A stretch of 62,135 nucleotides of DNA, counting the filler, from Basidioascus undulatus (Eukaryota): NCBI GenBank assembly GCA_000826855.1. It is 13 parts of 13 records of this genome, joined end to end, with 100 filler letters (N's around TTAATTAATTAA, not from the genome) between each part and the next. Parts side by side here need not be neighbours in the genome. Positions count along the whole stretch, not along the records: positions 24,078 to 27,170 come from JTLS01002524.1; positions 27,271 to 30,362 come from JTLS01002525.1; positions 30,463 to 33,552 come from JTLS01002526.1; positions 33,653 to 36,740 come from JTLS01002527.1; positions 36,841 to 39,920 come from JTLS01002528.1; 8 more parts are not named here. One strand, given 5' to 3'. Positions 24,900 through 37,970 of the stretch are shown in pieces. Numbering within the stretch: position 1 is the stretch's first letter; each line of letters begins with the position of its first letter. The notes beneath the pieces are model-generated. The model was given only the letters and a program-made list of their open reading frames with translations, was not told the origin of the DNA and did no database searches. The position numbers and the translations under genes are program-made.

Positions 24900-25723
24900 G
24901 AGGCGTGGAGGGTGAGGGGGGTCGTGGCTGTGGACGGGAGTGTCAGCTCGCCCTGCATGCCCTGGACCTTCAACGACCCCAAGTCAACGAAAGAATAGAG
25001 CTCACCGAATAGTCGTTATAGCTCGAGAAACACTCAAATGTGCGTGATTATCGCGATATTGAAAGCTGCTCTCCTGCAGGGGTGGGTGAGCCCGAATCGA
25101 GCGCAGGGTAAGTGAGGGCTGTCATCGAGCGTACGTTTACAGCGCAGCGGTATAATTCAGTTCCCCCAAATGCAACTCCCAAGTCCACAAAATGCTTCCA
25201 AGCTGCTCTAAACGGAAGGGATGAGCGTGCGTCGCGCAAGGGAGACACTCTGGCAAGGGGGACACGCACATGCGCACGGTCGCGCCGGTCACTGACACGC
25301 CGTAGCCCTCTGCGGGCGAGTTACTCTGGCGGGAGACTACAATTATACGCGAGAATGAACGGACAATGGTGTAGAAATGTCGTTGTAGAAATGGCAATGG
25401 GGTTTGGACGAAAGAGCGAGAGAATGGGCGCGGACGGGCGATCGACGGCAGAAGGCAACCTCGGAATTCTGAGCGCGCACAGGGGACAAGTCCAGACCCT
25501 AATAATAGGCTACTAGCCATTCTAGGCCTGTTTTGTATGCTTCGCTGACTAAGCTCATATAGCAGGTTCTATCCGTCGCGTGCCGGTCTTGCATCTTCGT
25601 CCTCTCACCACCAGCATCTCCCATCTCTTTGCCCATCTTCCCGCATCCTGCCCCAACCCAACAGTCCTCCACGTCCCCGTCCCCGTCCCCGCCGCCCGAC
25701 TTCCCCGCTCAGCGCTACCCAGC

Positions 25724-27117
25724 ATGGACCTCGACGGCGTCAAGGACGAGGACGACGTGCTGCTCGGCGACGCGGGCGCGGACGGCGAGTTTGGCGCGGG
25801 CGGCGCGCCCAGGCCGGAGGACATCCCGGACGAGGAGATGGACGTCTCGGGTACGGGCAACCGCGTGTGGATGATCAAGGTGCGGGGCAGCGCCGTGCTG
25901 AGCGGGTTTCACCGCCACCCGCTAACACGCACTGAAACATCTCCGCGGCGGCGCAGGTGCCTAAGTTCTTGTATGAGAAGTGGTCACAGGTGGACGAGGA
26001 TGGGCGGCCGCTTGGGACGCTGCGGGTGTACAAGGAGTGCGTTCCCATATCCTTTTCTTGCCCACCTGCTCGCTTTGGGCGCCGGCGCTGAACTGGACCT
26101 GAGGAAAAAAGCAACACGATCAAGGTGTTCTTGCCGCCCGAGGAGGAGGACACGATCACCCCCGACGTCCCGCGCGAGTACACCCTCGACGTGCACAACC
26201 ACACGTCCAAGGACATGTACATCTTCGGGGAGCAGCCCAAGCCGGAGGGGTGGGAGGGGCCGCGGAATGCGGGTGCGTGCATGCCTCCGTCCCTCATCTC
26301 CTTCCGCAACCCGCTATCCCTTCTTCCCCCACACGCCATCCCCCCTTCCCCTATTCACCCCATCTCCACCCCCATCTCCATACCATCGCCCTTTGAGCTG
26401 ACATGGGTGTGTTGCGCGGGATGAAGTGACGACCCAAGTGCGCGGGACGGTGCACCACGAGGGCAGTCTCCAGCCGACCCTCAACGACCAGTACCGCCGC
26501 ATCATGAAGCGGCGCAAGGTCGCCGCGGAGCAGCCGAAGCGGTCGATCAAGCCGCTCGACTTGGACGGCTCGGGCATGGGCAACCGCCTCGCCTCGGGCG
26601 CGATCAACACCGCCAGCCGGTTCTCCAAGCTCGTCGTGCGTTTCCGTTTCTCCTCCCACCCTTCTCCCTGCAGTCTCTCCCCATTTCCCTTTTGGTGGTG
26701 ATTGCTAAGTCGGGCTCGGATCTTTTTGCTCGCCGCTCGCAGACCGCCAAGCCCAAGAAAGTCTCCGGAGCGTCGTACGAGCGCGCCGCGCGGATGCCGC
26801 GGAACGAGCTGCTCGATCTTCTCTTCGACCTGTTCGAGCGGCAGGCGTACTGGCACACGAAGGACCTGCGCGAGCGGACGAGGCAGCCCGCGACGTACCT
26901 CAAGGAGATCCTCGAGGACATCGCGAACCTCGCGCGCGCGGGGCCGTACCACGGTCAGTGGTCCCTCAAGGAGGCGTACCAGAAGGACTTCCAGGAGCGT
27001 GTGCGCCGCCGCGCGGAGGACGAGCAGGCCGGCATTGGCGGGTCAGGCGGCGCGGGGCCGGCGGGGGAGGAGGATGGGGCGGACGGGAGCGATGTGGAGG
27101 ATTTGGGGGATATGTGA
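25724..27117 (+). CDS. TFG2: Transcription initiation factor TFIIF beta subunit
   Basis: RVWMIK|VPKFLYEKW at the N-terminus. Winged-helix C-terminus RAARMPRNELLDLLFDLFERQAYW..LRERTRQPATYLKEIL..GPYHGQWSLK. Confidence 0.92.
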
Positions 27118-27270
27118 GGATGCCGTTCTGTGGCCGGGGACAGTGTCAGGGTGGAGTTGGGAGAGTAGAGNNNNNNNNNNNNNNNNNNNNNNNNNNNNNN
27201 NNNNNNNNNNNNNNTTAATTAATTAANNNNNNNNNNNNNNNNNNNNNNNNNNNNNNNNNNNNNNNNNNNN

Positions 27271-28411
27271 TCCTGCTGCGCCCGCCCCGCCTCCGCCGCA
27301 GGAACAGCCGAAGGGCCCCTCGCTCACGCAGGAGGACATCGTCAAGCTCCAGGAGCTCGTGCCGAACTTGCCCGAAGAGGCGCTCAGCAAGATCCTCGCC
27401 AACCCGCAGCTACTCGAGACCATCGCGTCCGCTACGCGCGCCCCGCCGCCACCGCCGCCTTCTGCACCCACACAGGACCCCCGCATCCGCCCGGATTCAT
27501 CCGCATCCGCGTCCGCGTCGGCTTCGCCTCGGCCCCCACCCGCGCCGCAGGGGTGGTCCTCGACTCCCCCGCCCCCGCCGTCGTCCACCCAGCCGCTGCC
27601 GGCCTTTTCCGCCGCACCGCAGCAGCCGCAGCACACCCCTGCGTGGTCGTCGGCGCCTGGTCCGACACCTGCACCTCAGCAGTGGGGCGCGCCCGCTGCG
27701 GGCTGGTCGCCCCCGCACGCGCCCGCTGCTGGACAGAGCCCGCACCACTTCACCCCGCCGCACGTACCTCAAGCTGCAGCCGGCCCGCCGGCTAGGCCAC
27801 CGCAGCAGTTCCGTCCGCCCCCTGCGCGCCCAGCCGCTCAGCCAGCGGCGCCGGGCGTGCATCCCGATCGCATGAAGATGTGAGTTCACGCGTCATTGGT
27901 TTCTTGTCTTCTGGTCGATTGGTTTACTTATGCTCCACTGCACCACGTCAGGCTCGGCTCCGCCCCGCCTCCCCCGCAACCGACCGACCAACCCTACGTC
28001 GGACGGCCCCCCGCCGAGTTCTCCGGCCCGCGTGACGGCGGCTGGGTCCCGCGCGGCGGAGGCGGAAGCGGGTTCAGAGGCGGCGGTCGGGGCGGTCGGG
28101 GCGGGTTTGGGCCTGGCAACAACCCGCCCTCCCAGCCGCGCACGACTCCGTACCGCCTCTTCGCGCCGAGACCGCCGCCTGCTGGCCCAGCCGCCTGGGG
28201 CGGGAGCGCCGGCGGGGGAGGCGGGGGTTGGGACGCGCCTGCACCTGCGACTGCGGGAGGAGGAGGAGTAGGGTGGAACGCACAGCTGCCCGCTGCCGGG
28301 GGGAGGGGAGACGCCGCGCCCGTGCCCGCGGCGGCGAGTAGCGCAGGAGGATGGGGCGACGCGCCGGGGGCGTCTAACGTCCCTGGAAGTTCTGCTGGAG
28401 GGTGGGACTGA
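27271..28411 (+). CDS. Pro/Gly/Trp-rich C-terminal fragment of an unidentified protein
   Basis: Open frame from the contig edge with one intron after GVHPDRMKM. RGG and GW repeats; stop at 28409-28411. Confidence 0.65.
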
Positions 28412-28800
28412 CTGGGACTGAGGGGTGCCTACCAGGGACTGCTTTGCTTTGCTTGTTGTGACCCAGGTTCGATGTGTTCGACGTCGCTTTGCTTCTCTTT
28501 TTCTTGGGCGTTTGCTGCCTTGTTACGCTATGCGTTGTTGCTGTATTGTAACGATACGACTCTTTCTTTGCTGTGCAATTGCCATGACTGCATTGCGCTG
28601 TGTGTTTGTGTCAGTGTCAAGCTCGCATTGAGAGCGAAAGCGGCTCAAGTCGGGGCCGCCTTGCCGAGTCCACGCGTCGACGACGGCTTGAGCTGTCCGC
28701 TGCCGTCCGAGCCCGGCCTGTCTTCTCCCTTCACGGTCTGTTCGTCTGTATCGCGTTCACTTTCGTTTCGATCCTTGTTACAGCCAGGATTACAGCCAGG

Positions 28801-29728
28801 ATGTGTGTGTTTCCTCACTCCGAATTCATGAATTCAGCTCACAACAGCACGTATCCAGGGCTTCCGTCAAGCTCGCGTCCCTCTTCATCCGAGTGCGCCC
28901 CATCTGCGCCCCATCTCCTCCCCTCCGCCCTTCCTCACCCCCTCCCCACAGACTCTAGCAAAGCCGATCTCCTCCAAGCTCAAGATACAAGCGCAAGAGC
29001 ACGAGACGTTCCGGCGCGCGTGCGTGGCGCTCGCACAGCGCTTGCATTCCCTCGAGGTCCGCATGCGCGGTAACCTGCTCGGCGACCCGCATGCGCAGAA
29101 GCACAGCCGGCCGCTGTCAGAGGCGCGCGCAATCCAGCAGGGCGCGAACGCCATTGCGGAAACGTTTCTGTTTGTTGTCGCGGCGGGGCTGATTTTGGGG
29201 GAGACTTGGAGGTAAGTCTTTTTGGTGGGAGAGGAGGAAAGAGGGTGGGGCTGATGCGGGTGGGGCGGGATAGGTCGTCGAGGAAGGAGACGAGCAGACG
29301 GGAGGATGTGGCCGAGAGGCTGGAGAACCTCGAGGGCGCTGTGCAGGAGCTCAAGCGGTCTGCGAAGCTCGATCACGACCGCTGGGAGCGGTTAGAAGAG
29401 ACGTCCCGATCGCGGTGCGTCCCTCCTCCTTCCTTCATCCTCCTCCCCCAGGCAAGCTGAACACATCCTCTGTGCTCACAGGACCGAAGCCCTTGAACGC
29501 ATCCTCGATCGCGTCGTCGGGATCCGGGGCGAGTGGCCGGAGGAGCTCCGCCGGCTGGGGCGGCACGGCAAGGCGGTCACGGCGCTGCGGGACGCGCTCG
29601 AAGACGCCGTTGCGCTCGAGGTTGGCGAGGACGGCGAGTCGCACGCGGTTTCGCCGCTGGGATGGCGTGCGCGCGAGAAGGAGGAGGACGAGACGAGGCC
29701 TAGGGAGGAGGAGGGGGTGGTAGCATAG
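28801..29728 (+). CDS. OPA3: OPA3-like mitochondrial protein
   Basis: MASVKLASLFIR|TLAKPISSKLKIQAQEH..RPLSEARAIQQGANAIAETFLFVVAAGLILGETWR|SSRKE. The ATG is split by intron 1. Confidence 0.88.
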
Positions 29729-30033
29729 CATTGAGGAGGAAGGGGGAAGGGGGAAGGGGAGAAGGAGCTGGGCGGACGGATGTTTGAGCACATACACTTG
29801 CATATTGGATACCCCCTCATTGCATTCGATGACTCCCCGTTTACTCTTGCTGGACTGCTTCTGAGATCGGCGGGTGCTGCCTGTTCTAATGTCTGTTGCT
29901 GGCAGAACAAGGGTTTCACAGAGAGCACATGGCGCCGCTCGCAAACAAGAGCAGGAAGCTATTTGTACAACATTAATTATCCCTCAACCTTACTATCCCA
30001 ACCACCCCTCTCACTCCTCCCCTCCCCACTCAC

Positions 30034-30362
30034 TCAAATCGCGTTCGCACCAGTCAAGAAGCTCGGAGGGGGGCCCGGGGGCGTGCCGGGGGGAAATCCT
30101 CCCTGCTGCGGGGGTGCGAATCCGGGAGGAGGAGCGAAGCCGGGGGGCGGGGCGGGGAAGCCCTGCGGCGGGGCGCCGAAGCCTGCTGGGACAGCTGGGG
30201 GCGGGCCAAACCCTGGCGGGGGCATGGGCGGCGCCATGCCGGATGCAACGCCGCCCATGGGCGCGAAGCCTGGCGGCGGGGGTGGGGGAGCGAGGGCACC
30301 GGCGAAGGCTCCTGCGTGAGGGAGCGGAGGTGTGAGCAGGTAAGAAGGAGGAGGAGGAGAAG
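30034..30362 (-). CDS. Proline-rich C-terminal exon (SmB/SF3B4-like tail; identity uncertain)
   Basis: PPPGFAPPPGF repeats ending SFLTGANAI*; 5' part is missing. Confidence 0.55.
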
Positions 30363-30462
30363 NNNNNNNNNNNNNNNNNNNNNNNNNNNNNNNNNNNNNN
30401 NNNNNNTTAATTAATTAANNNNNNNNNNNNNNNNNNNNNNNNNNNNNNNNNNNNNNNNNNNN

Positions 30463-32049
30463 TTATTTTTTTGACTGGATCGGCACCTTACGAGAAATCA
30501 AAGTCTTTGGGTTCTGGGGGGAGAGGGGAGAGGGAAGACGCACCAGTCGCGGAGATGTAGTTGAGCTTGGTCCACGGGCGGCCGTCGCCGAGGAGGAGGG
30601 AGGGGAAGAAGCAGGTGTGGAAGTAGACGTTGTCCTTGCCCCTGAGCGACATCAAAGCTCGCCGTCAGCCGCCGCTTGAGAAAATACGGACGGTAGGCGA
30701 TGACACTCACATGAACTGGAAGAGCTTGACGTCATCCGGGGCGAGCCACCACTCTTCCCACTTGTCGGTGTAATTGGCGGTGATGGAGATGTACCCGATG
30801 GGCGCGTCCATCCAGACGTCTGCCGCCCATTCCCACCCCAATCAGCCTTTCCGCTCCCCCCGCCCCCCTCACCCGCTCGGACACCCCAGAAGAGCGTACT
30901 CACACATGACCTTCCCCTCCATCGCCTTATCCTCCTCCTCATCCCCCGTCTTGGGCACCGGCACGCCCCACACCAGATCCCTCGTGATCGCGGTCGGCTG
31001 CAGACCCGCCTTCATGCGCGCCTCGACGATCTCGCGGTCCGACGAAATAACGAGGTTCCCCGGCCAGTTGTTCCTCGTCGCCGTCTCCTTGAGCCAGCGC
31101 TCGAGATCGGGCTGGAGCTTGCCGAGGTCGAAGTACATGTGCGACGTCGGGCGGGTCGTGAGCTTGGAGGAGGGGCGCATTTTCGAGCGCGGGTTGAGCA
31201 GCTCCATCGGTGAGTCGAAGGTACGCTGGCACTTGTCGCATTGGTCGCCGCGGGCTTCCTGGGGATAGACAACGGGAGGTGAGATGGGAAGTGAGGGAAG
31301 GGGAGGAGGCATGCGCACATCGTAGCCGCAGTGCGGGCAGGTGCCCTCGACGAAGCGGTCGGCGAGGAAGCTGGAGTACAGAGCCGTGAGCACTGGGGTT
31401 GAGGGGGGAGGGTGGGAGAGAGAGAAACGCACCGCCCCTCTTCCTCTGAGTAGATCTGCTCGCGGGTCTGGGTCTGGAGCAGGCCGTTCTTGCGGATGTT
31501 GAGATAGAAGGACTGGACGATTCTGATGCCCTTCCCCTCATCAGCGACTCTCCACGCCCCCACTCCTCTTTCAGAAGGAAAGACACCCACTCCGTCTGCT
31601 TCGGCGTGCTCGTCCGCCCAAAGTGGTCGAACCCAATCTCGAACCACTCGTACACCTCGCGATGGAGCGCGTTGAACTTGTCACACAAGGCCTGGGGGGA
31701 CACGCCGTCCTCGAGGGCCTTGGTCTCGGTCGCGGTGCCGTACTCGTCCGTGCCGCAGATGTAGAGCGTGTTGCGGTTGCGAGTGCGGTTGTAGCGCGCA
31801 AAGACGTCGGCGGAGAGGGTAGAGCCGATGATGTTGCCGAGGTGGGGGACGTTGTTGACGTAGGGGAGCGCGGAGGTGATTAGGACGTTATCCTCGCCTT
31901 TCTTTGGGAGGCTAGACGCCGGACGAGGGTGTGAGCTGCAGAGCGGAAAGGGAAAAGGGGAGCTGTGAGTGTACGCACATGGTGCCCTCCTTGAAGGCTG
32001 CGCTCATGAGCACGCCCGGTGCATCGCGGACGCGCTGCTTGTCGGCCAT
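30463..32049 (-). CDS. MES1: Cytosolic methionyl-tRNA synthetase, 5' part
   Basis: [78 protein letters not shown]. Confidence 0.96.
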
Positions 32050-32837
32050 GGCTGTGGGGAGTATGAAGCAAAGAAAGAGGGCGGCGGCGGCGGGGAGAAA
32101 GAGCGAGGAAGGTGTTGAGCAGGTGAAGGGAGAAGACCGCCTGCAATCGCCGCATCAACACCGACTTCCCGTCAGCGCCGACTGCAATGCCACACAGTCA
32201 AAGAATACACTCAACATACCTGTAACTGCAGTTGATGCTACAAACTCAAGAAGTGAGCGTCGTCGTCGTCGTTGTCGACGTCCAAACGGCAAAGGCGAGC
32301 TCAACATCGCATTCCGAGTCAAGGCTTTGCTGATTCAGCGATTCCCTCACACTCCGCGCCGACGAGCCGGTCTGGACGGTGTGGGGTCGTCGTTCGCAAC
32401 AGCGAGCACGTCTGTCGCCACAGCAGAGTCGATCTTTTCGCATCGTCGTATCTCCATAAGACCGTAATTATCGACTGAGGCGGACTGGGGGTCTGGGGCG
32501 TACGGTGTAGCTGAGCTTGGAGCAGTCGTGTGAGTCGCTCTCCCTCTGACGTCTTCGTCTTCCCCAGGATGGGGGGCGAGAGGATGGGAGACTGGGGGCA
32601 ATCAGTCTTCTTGAGTCCAAGATGTAGGACTGGATACGTGAAGGCGATTACGTGCGCTATTTGCGGTGTGCGAGTGTGCAAATGCGAGGGACTCGCCTTG
32701 ACGAGCTCCAATCGACTCGCTCGCCGTTGCACCTGCCGCGCTTCCTAGACGTGGACTTTCGCTGACATTCTCCTGTACCTCAGCCAGTCGAACAAAATCT
32801 ATCACTCTTACTGTCCTCTTGTCCCCTGACCGCCACC

Positions 32838-33552
32838 ATGGGTGTCAAAGGTGCGTTTGCCAACATCATCCACACGCTCTCCTCCCCTCGCTGACACCCC
32901 CCTCAGGCCTCTGGACGCTCGTCAAGCCCGTCGCGCGGCCAGTCAAGTGCGTCCGCGCATGCACCCATCTCCCTTCCCTCTCCACCTCCCAATCACTCAC
33001 CCCCTCCCTCGGTCCAGACTCGAGACCCTCTCCGGCAAGCGCTTCGCGATCGACTCCTCCATCTGGCTCTACCACTTCATCCGCGCAATGAAGGACAAGG
33101 ACGGGCACACGCTCTCGCATGCGCACATCCTCGGCTTTCTCCGCCGCATCCTCAAGCTCCTCTTCCACGGCATGAAGCCCGTGTTTGTGTTTGACGGCGG
33201 GGCGCCGACGCTGAAGCGGTCCACGATCGCAAGTCTCATGTGTTTGTGGGAAGAGCATGGCCAGATGGCTGACGTGAAGGGCGAGGGTAGGTGGAGAGAA
33301 AGAGGAGGAGAGAGGGCGCCAGGGAGGCCCATGCGAGGACGGCGGAAAAGATCCTCGCTGCGCAGCTGAGGCAGCGCGCGGTGGCCCATGTCAAGCAGTG
33401 CGTATCCGTCCTTCCTCGCCTACAGCGCCCACACTCACACGCGCGTTGCAGACAGCAAAGCGGGAAAGGCAAAGGCAAGCAAAAGGCCGCTCCCGAGCCT
33501 CCCTCCGGCGAGTACGGCGACGAGATCCTCCCCGACGCGGTCTACCTCGAAG
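32838..33552 (+). CDS. RAD2: XPG/Rad2 structure-specific endonuclease, 5' part
   Basis: MGVKG|LWTLVKPVARPVK|LETLSGKRFAIDSSIWLYHF..RRILKLLFHGMKPVFVFDGGAPTLKRSTI (XPG-N domain). Confidence 0.92.
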
Positions 33553-33652
33553 NNNNNNNNNNNNNNNNNNNNNNNNNNNNNNNNNNNNNNNNNNNNTTAA
33601 TTAATTAANNNNNNNNNNNNNNNNNNNNNNNNNNNNNNNNNNNNNNNNNNNN

Positions 33653-34573
33653 CTCTTACCTCTCCCTCTCCCCCACCTCGTCCCACACACTCTCCACCGA
33701 CCCCCTCTCCTTCCTCTCCACCCACATCTACGCCCTCCCCCCGCACCTGACCCCTGCATTCGCTCACATCCCCCCGCGCGCGCGCTCCCGCATCCCCGCT
33801 ATTCGCGCGCGCCGCGCACGCTGGGCCGCTAGCGACGCGGACGGGGGCGGCCGGGCGCTACTAGCCTGGGAGCAAGGGAGGAAGCGCGAGCCCCTGCTCT
33901 GGGACCGGATGGCGGGGGGCGCAGCGATCCCGCGCGAGGCGCCTGCTGCGCGCCGGACGGGCGCGGATGCTGCAGCGAGGGAGGAGGCGGCGTGGGCGGA
34001 CTCGGCCGACTCCTTCCTGTCCGGACTGACGTCCACCGCGCACGGGCCCGCCCTGTCGAGCGCTGTAGTGAAGGGGAGCCAGCGGAGGCTGGGCCAGGTG
34101 GGGAGGCTGGGGAGCCTGTTAGGCGCGTATGAGGAGGAGCGGGAGAGCGAGCGGTTGCGGGAGGTCCGGCGGGAGAGCGCGCGGCGGCTGAGGGAGGAGG
34201 AGGAGCGGATGGAGGAGTTTGAGGAGAGCAGTGAGGAGGAGGAGGAGGGGGAGGGGGAGGGGATGGATGTGGATAGGGAGGCGGGAGGCGGAGGAGGACG
34301 GGGCAGGCCGGAGCCGGAGGACGAGGGCGTTGTGGCGTTTGAGCGCGTCTTGCTAGAACGATGGCTGGACGGTTTGGATCCTGTACGTCCCTTTTTCTCC
34401 CTCCGGCGCGCTCTTCGCTTATCACCTTCCCACTGCAGGAGCTGGACTACGCCGCAGTCGACTTCGACGAGCGCTGGGACGCCGCGCAGTGGTCGCGCCC
34501 CCGGCGCGGGCGGGACGCGCTGGAGGAGGACCTCGATGAGAGTCGGTACTTCGATGAGGAGGACGAAAGCTGA
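33653..34573 (+). CDS. CCDC97-like (DUF2052) protein, 3' part
   Basis: Acidic C-terminus FERVLLERWLDGLD|..LDYAAVDFDERWD..ESRYFDEED matches the CCD97-like C-terminal pattern. Confidence 0.65.
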
Positions 34574-36377
34574 GGCCGAGCGAGGATGGATTGCTTTTGC
34601 CTTGCTTGCGGCACTCGGCTGAAGGTGCAGGTGGGGGGAGACCCGTTCTCCGAGCCCGGCATTCCTGCCGCATCGCGACTGCCTCGCCTCAGGATCGCCA
34701 ATCCCTGGCTGGTCGGGTTACGCACAGGACTGTGAATTGGCGTGCCTACTGACGCTTGCTCTTCACTTGTTGTCTGCTCCGCAACGCGCAAAGCAGCGCA
34801 TGCACCAACAATTCACTTTGACTGCTTTGCTTTGTTCCGTGTGACTTCACCCATTTCATACAAATTTCATCTCCACTTGCAGACTCACAAGTGTAAAAGA
34901 CTGTGACACAACGGTGGCAGCCGGAGCGCAGGCAAAGCCTCGCATGTTCTCACATTCAGTGTTGAACCGTAGCTTGTTCGGTTCACCGACTTCGAGTGGA
35001 GAACTTCGCCAGGAAAATTGTTGAGTAAGAGCTTCCCCACGAGTCTTCTGATATGCCTTGCCTTGTCTGGCCTTCGCAACGGGACGGGCCTGCAATACGT
35101 CGAGCGAACCGTCCACTTACCTAGGCGCTGTGACCTGAGCGCATGCGATCATACGGGCCGGTTGAGTCGCTTTGAGCAATCCTGTTGCACTGAGATCCCA
35201 TAGTGGGTGGGAAGACTGTTAAAACAAGATATAAGCGGACACTTCCACAGTCTACTCTGGCTCCCCAGAGGGGTGTCGAGAAAGTTGCGAATCACATCGC
35301 AGCGGAAGTTGAAATGAAGGCCTAACGCTGCATCAAACGCCTCAGGTTCGCATGGATGTGTTGCTCACTTTCGTGAAGAAGTAAAAGGCTACATAGCCTG
35401 CTAATGGAGGCGAGCTGCTCCTGAAACATGATAGTGGGGTCCAACGCCAGGGGGGAAAGCTGATGACCTCCATGGACTGGCCGCTCGCACTCGTCAGGCC
35501 AATGGCACGCGCACCAAGAAGATCTGGGGATGGCCGGAGAGATTTTAGAAGGGCGTAACATACCGAGATACGAGTCCCGCATCAGGTCCCGCTGAGAGCT
35601 CTACCGCTCAGGGCAAATCTGTTCCCATTTGGATGGCTCACCAGGATTCAGCTCAGTAACGTGCCCAACCGTCCATTTTCTTGCATGACGAGGGGTTCTT
35701 TTGGCGGGCAGGGGAATATCCCTCCCGGGTTGAAAGAGGGGGAGGGGTGAGTGGCCATGGATGGGCGCTGGTTGGGATAGACTAGAGGGGAGAAGTGTGA
35801 GAGAAAAGCGAGCGTTTCTGGAGAAGGGGCTTTCGATCCTCGCTGAAGTGCCCTTGAGTTTGGTCAGGAACAAATTGACGGGTTCGTCGGATCCGGCAGC
35901 CTGGCCGCTAGCTGAGGGAAATGCCGGCTGGCTGCAGAGTGAGTGCCCCCTTGCCCCCTTGTGCCCTGACCGCTAGCCGTTCTGTAACCGGTATGTAAAG
36001 GGTGAGCAGAATAACGCAGGCGGTGTCCTGAGGAATAGAGTCCGGCTTTGCGTGATTCTTTTGATGGTCGACAGCTTCGTCCGTTTGGCAGAACGGCGTC
36101 ACGGAAGTTCGCAGTGTCACTCCGACGCCTCTCTTTCTACACCTTCATCTGGCACCATCCGATCCAGGTGCACACCCTCCTTCCTCAACAAAAAGGAATT
36201 CCCCACGCCCAACGCTTCCCACGCTCCCTCTGGACGTCCTGCTCCACATCTGCAACCAGCTTTCCTCGCTCGACTCACACGTCGCGCTCGCACCGACCTG
36301 CCGCTCGCTCCGGGACCTCTACACACCAAAGCTCTGGCGCCTGATTTGTCCCAACCTCGGCTTTGTGCGCCGCGCGC

Positions 36378-36740
36378 ATGACCATCTCGGTGAAGCGGCC
36401 GCGCTCGCTGCGGGTCTGATGCGTGCGGCGAAAGGCGAGCTGGGTGACCGCACATTGAAGTGCACGGAGAGCACCTTGTCGGTCAATCTTGGTGCGTTTT
36501 CCGCATCTGGGGACCCGAGATCCGGGATATGAAAAATTGTGGGCGGTCACAGCGGGCATCAGCATCCAGCCGCCTATCGAGCTGTATCCGAACTTCGAGC
36601 GCGTGCCCTACGCCGGCTCCGCATTCGGCATGCCCCATGATGCGTCGGCCCCTGTCCTCGTGCCTGACCCCGGTTACACAAACGGTGGCCACATAGATGA
36701 GTGGGCCCACTGCCCTCGCGACGGGCCCGTTCGCCTTTGG
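36378..36740 (+). CDS. Hypothetical protein, 5' part
   Basis: Plausible spliced frame MTIS|CTESTLSVNL|AGISIQPPIELYPNFERVPYAGSAFG.. open to the contig end. Confidence 0.35.
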
Positions 36741-36840
36741 NNNNNNNNNNNNNNNNNNNNNNNNNNNNNNNNNNNNNNNNNNNNTTAATTAATTAANNNN
36801 NNNNNNNNNNNNNNNNNNNNNNNNNNNNNNNNNNNNNNNN

Positions 36841-37662
36841 CCCCCCGGGCAACGAATCAAATCAGCCATGTCCCAAACCCAAGCCCTCAGTCGAAGTAGG
36901 GAGAAGGAGGAAGGGAAAAGGGAGAGGGAAGAATAGGGTGGGAAACGCACCACGCTCCCCGCCAGCCCGCCCGCCATCAGCGCAAAACCAACAAACAGAA
37001 ACGCGCGCGCGCGCCAGGCGAAGCGCTCGTCCGTGTACCCGTCGCCGACGATCTGCGCCTTGTTTATCAGGTTCACGACGAGCATCCCCAGCGTCGAGAG
37101 AAGGCCGGGGACGAAGTCGACGAAGGAGATGTGGACGGGGACGGTGTCGTAGGGGGCGTCTGTGGGGGCGGAATGGGGATCAGAGGAGAAGGAGGAAGGA
37201 GGCGAAGATAAGGAGGGAGGAGTGGGGATGGAGGACGGGAGGCGGAGGGGTGGGATTCCGGGATGGGTATGGGGATAGAGAATGAAAGATGGGGAATGGG
37301 TGAAGAAGGAGGGTGAGGAGGGAAGGCGGACCTGGAGGTGGGCGTGCACGGGCGGAAATGATCACTGAGTCGAGGAAGAACCACCAGCCGAGAGCAAACT
37401 GCTCTCATCCCCCATCCGCGATAAGCAACGCAACGCCCACACAACCCCCCCCATTCAACACCGTGAGAAGACGCACGAGCGCCCCAGCAACATACGTCCC
37501 CACCTCGCGCGCGCGGTGGCCGAGCGAGAGCTTGGGGAACGAGACGAGGCAGACGCGGCGGGGGCTGGTGCGTGCGGAGTTGAGTGGTCAGGTTGTCATG
37601 AAACCTACACGGAGAGGGAGGGGAGGGGGCGGATACTCGTAGTTCCTGGGTGGGAGGGACAT
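36841..37662 (-). CDS. VPS68: UPF0220/Vps68 vacuolar sorting membrane protein, 5' part
   Basis: VGTYVAGAL|FALGWWFFLD, VHISFVDFVPGLLSTLGMLVVNLINK, WRARAFLFVGFALMAGGLAGS. Confidence 0.88.
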
Positions 37663-37970
37663 TGCTGGGTTGGGGACGGTGTGAGGGGGAGGAGAATGTG
37701 GTGATGGGGAGGAGATGATGGTGGGTGAGGGTAGGAGGGCAAGGCCGCAAGGGGGACAATGACGAGCACAGACGAGCACGAGCGAGTGCGGAGGCGGAGC
37801 CGCGCCGGGTTGCCGGGGCTTCAATCTCGTAACCACAAAGACTAATAACTGTGCTAGTCAACCCTACAAACAACTTCCCGCCCCAAATCCGCCTCTGCCT
37901 CTCACCTTCCTCCTCCTCCTCCCACCTCCACCTCCCATCTCACTCCCCCTTCTTCTCACCCCCACACACA

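Noticed and set aside
32049..32838. Head-to-head MES1/RAD2 (and VPS68/CSL4) pairs
   Set aside because: Divergent housekeeping pairs are ordinary in compact fungal genomes.
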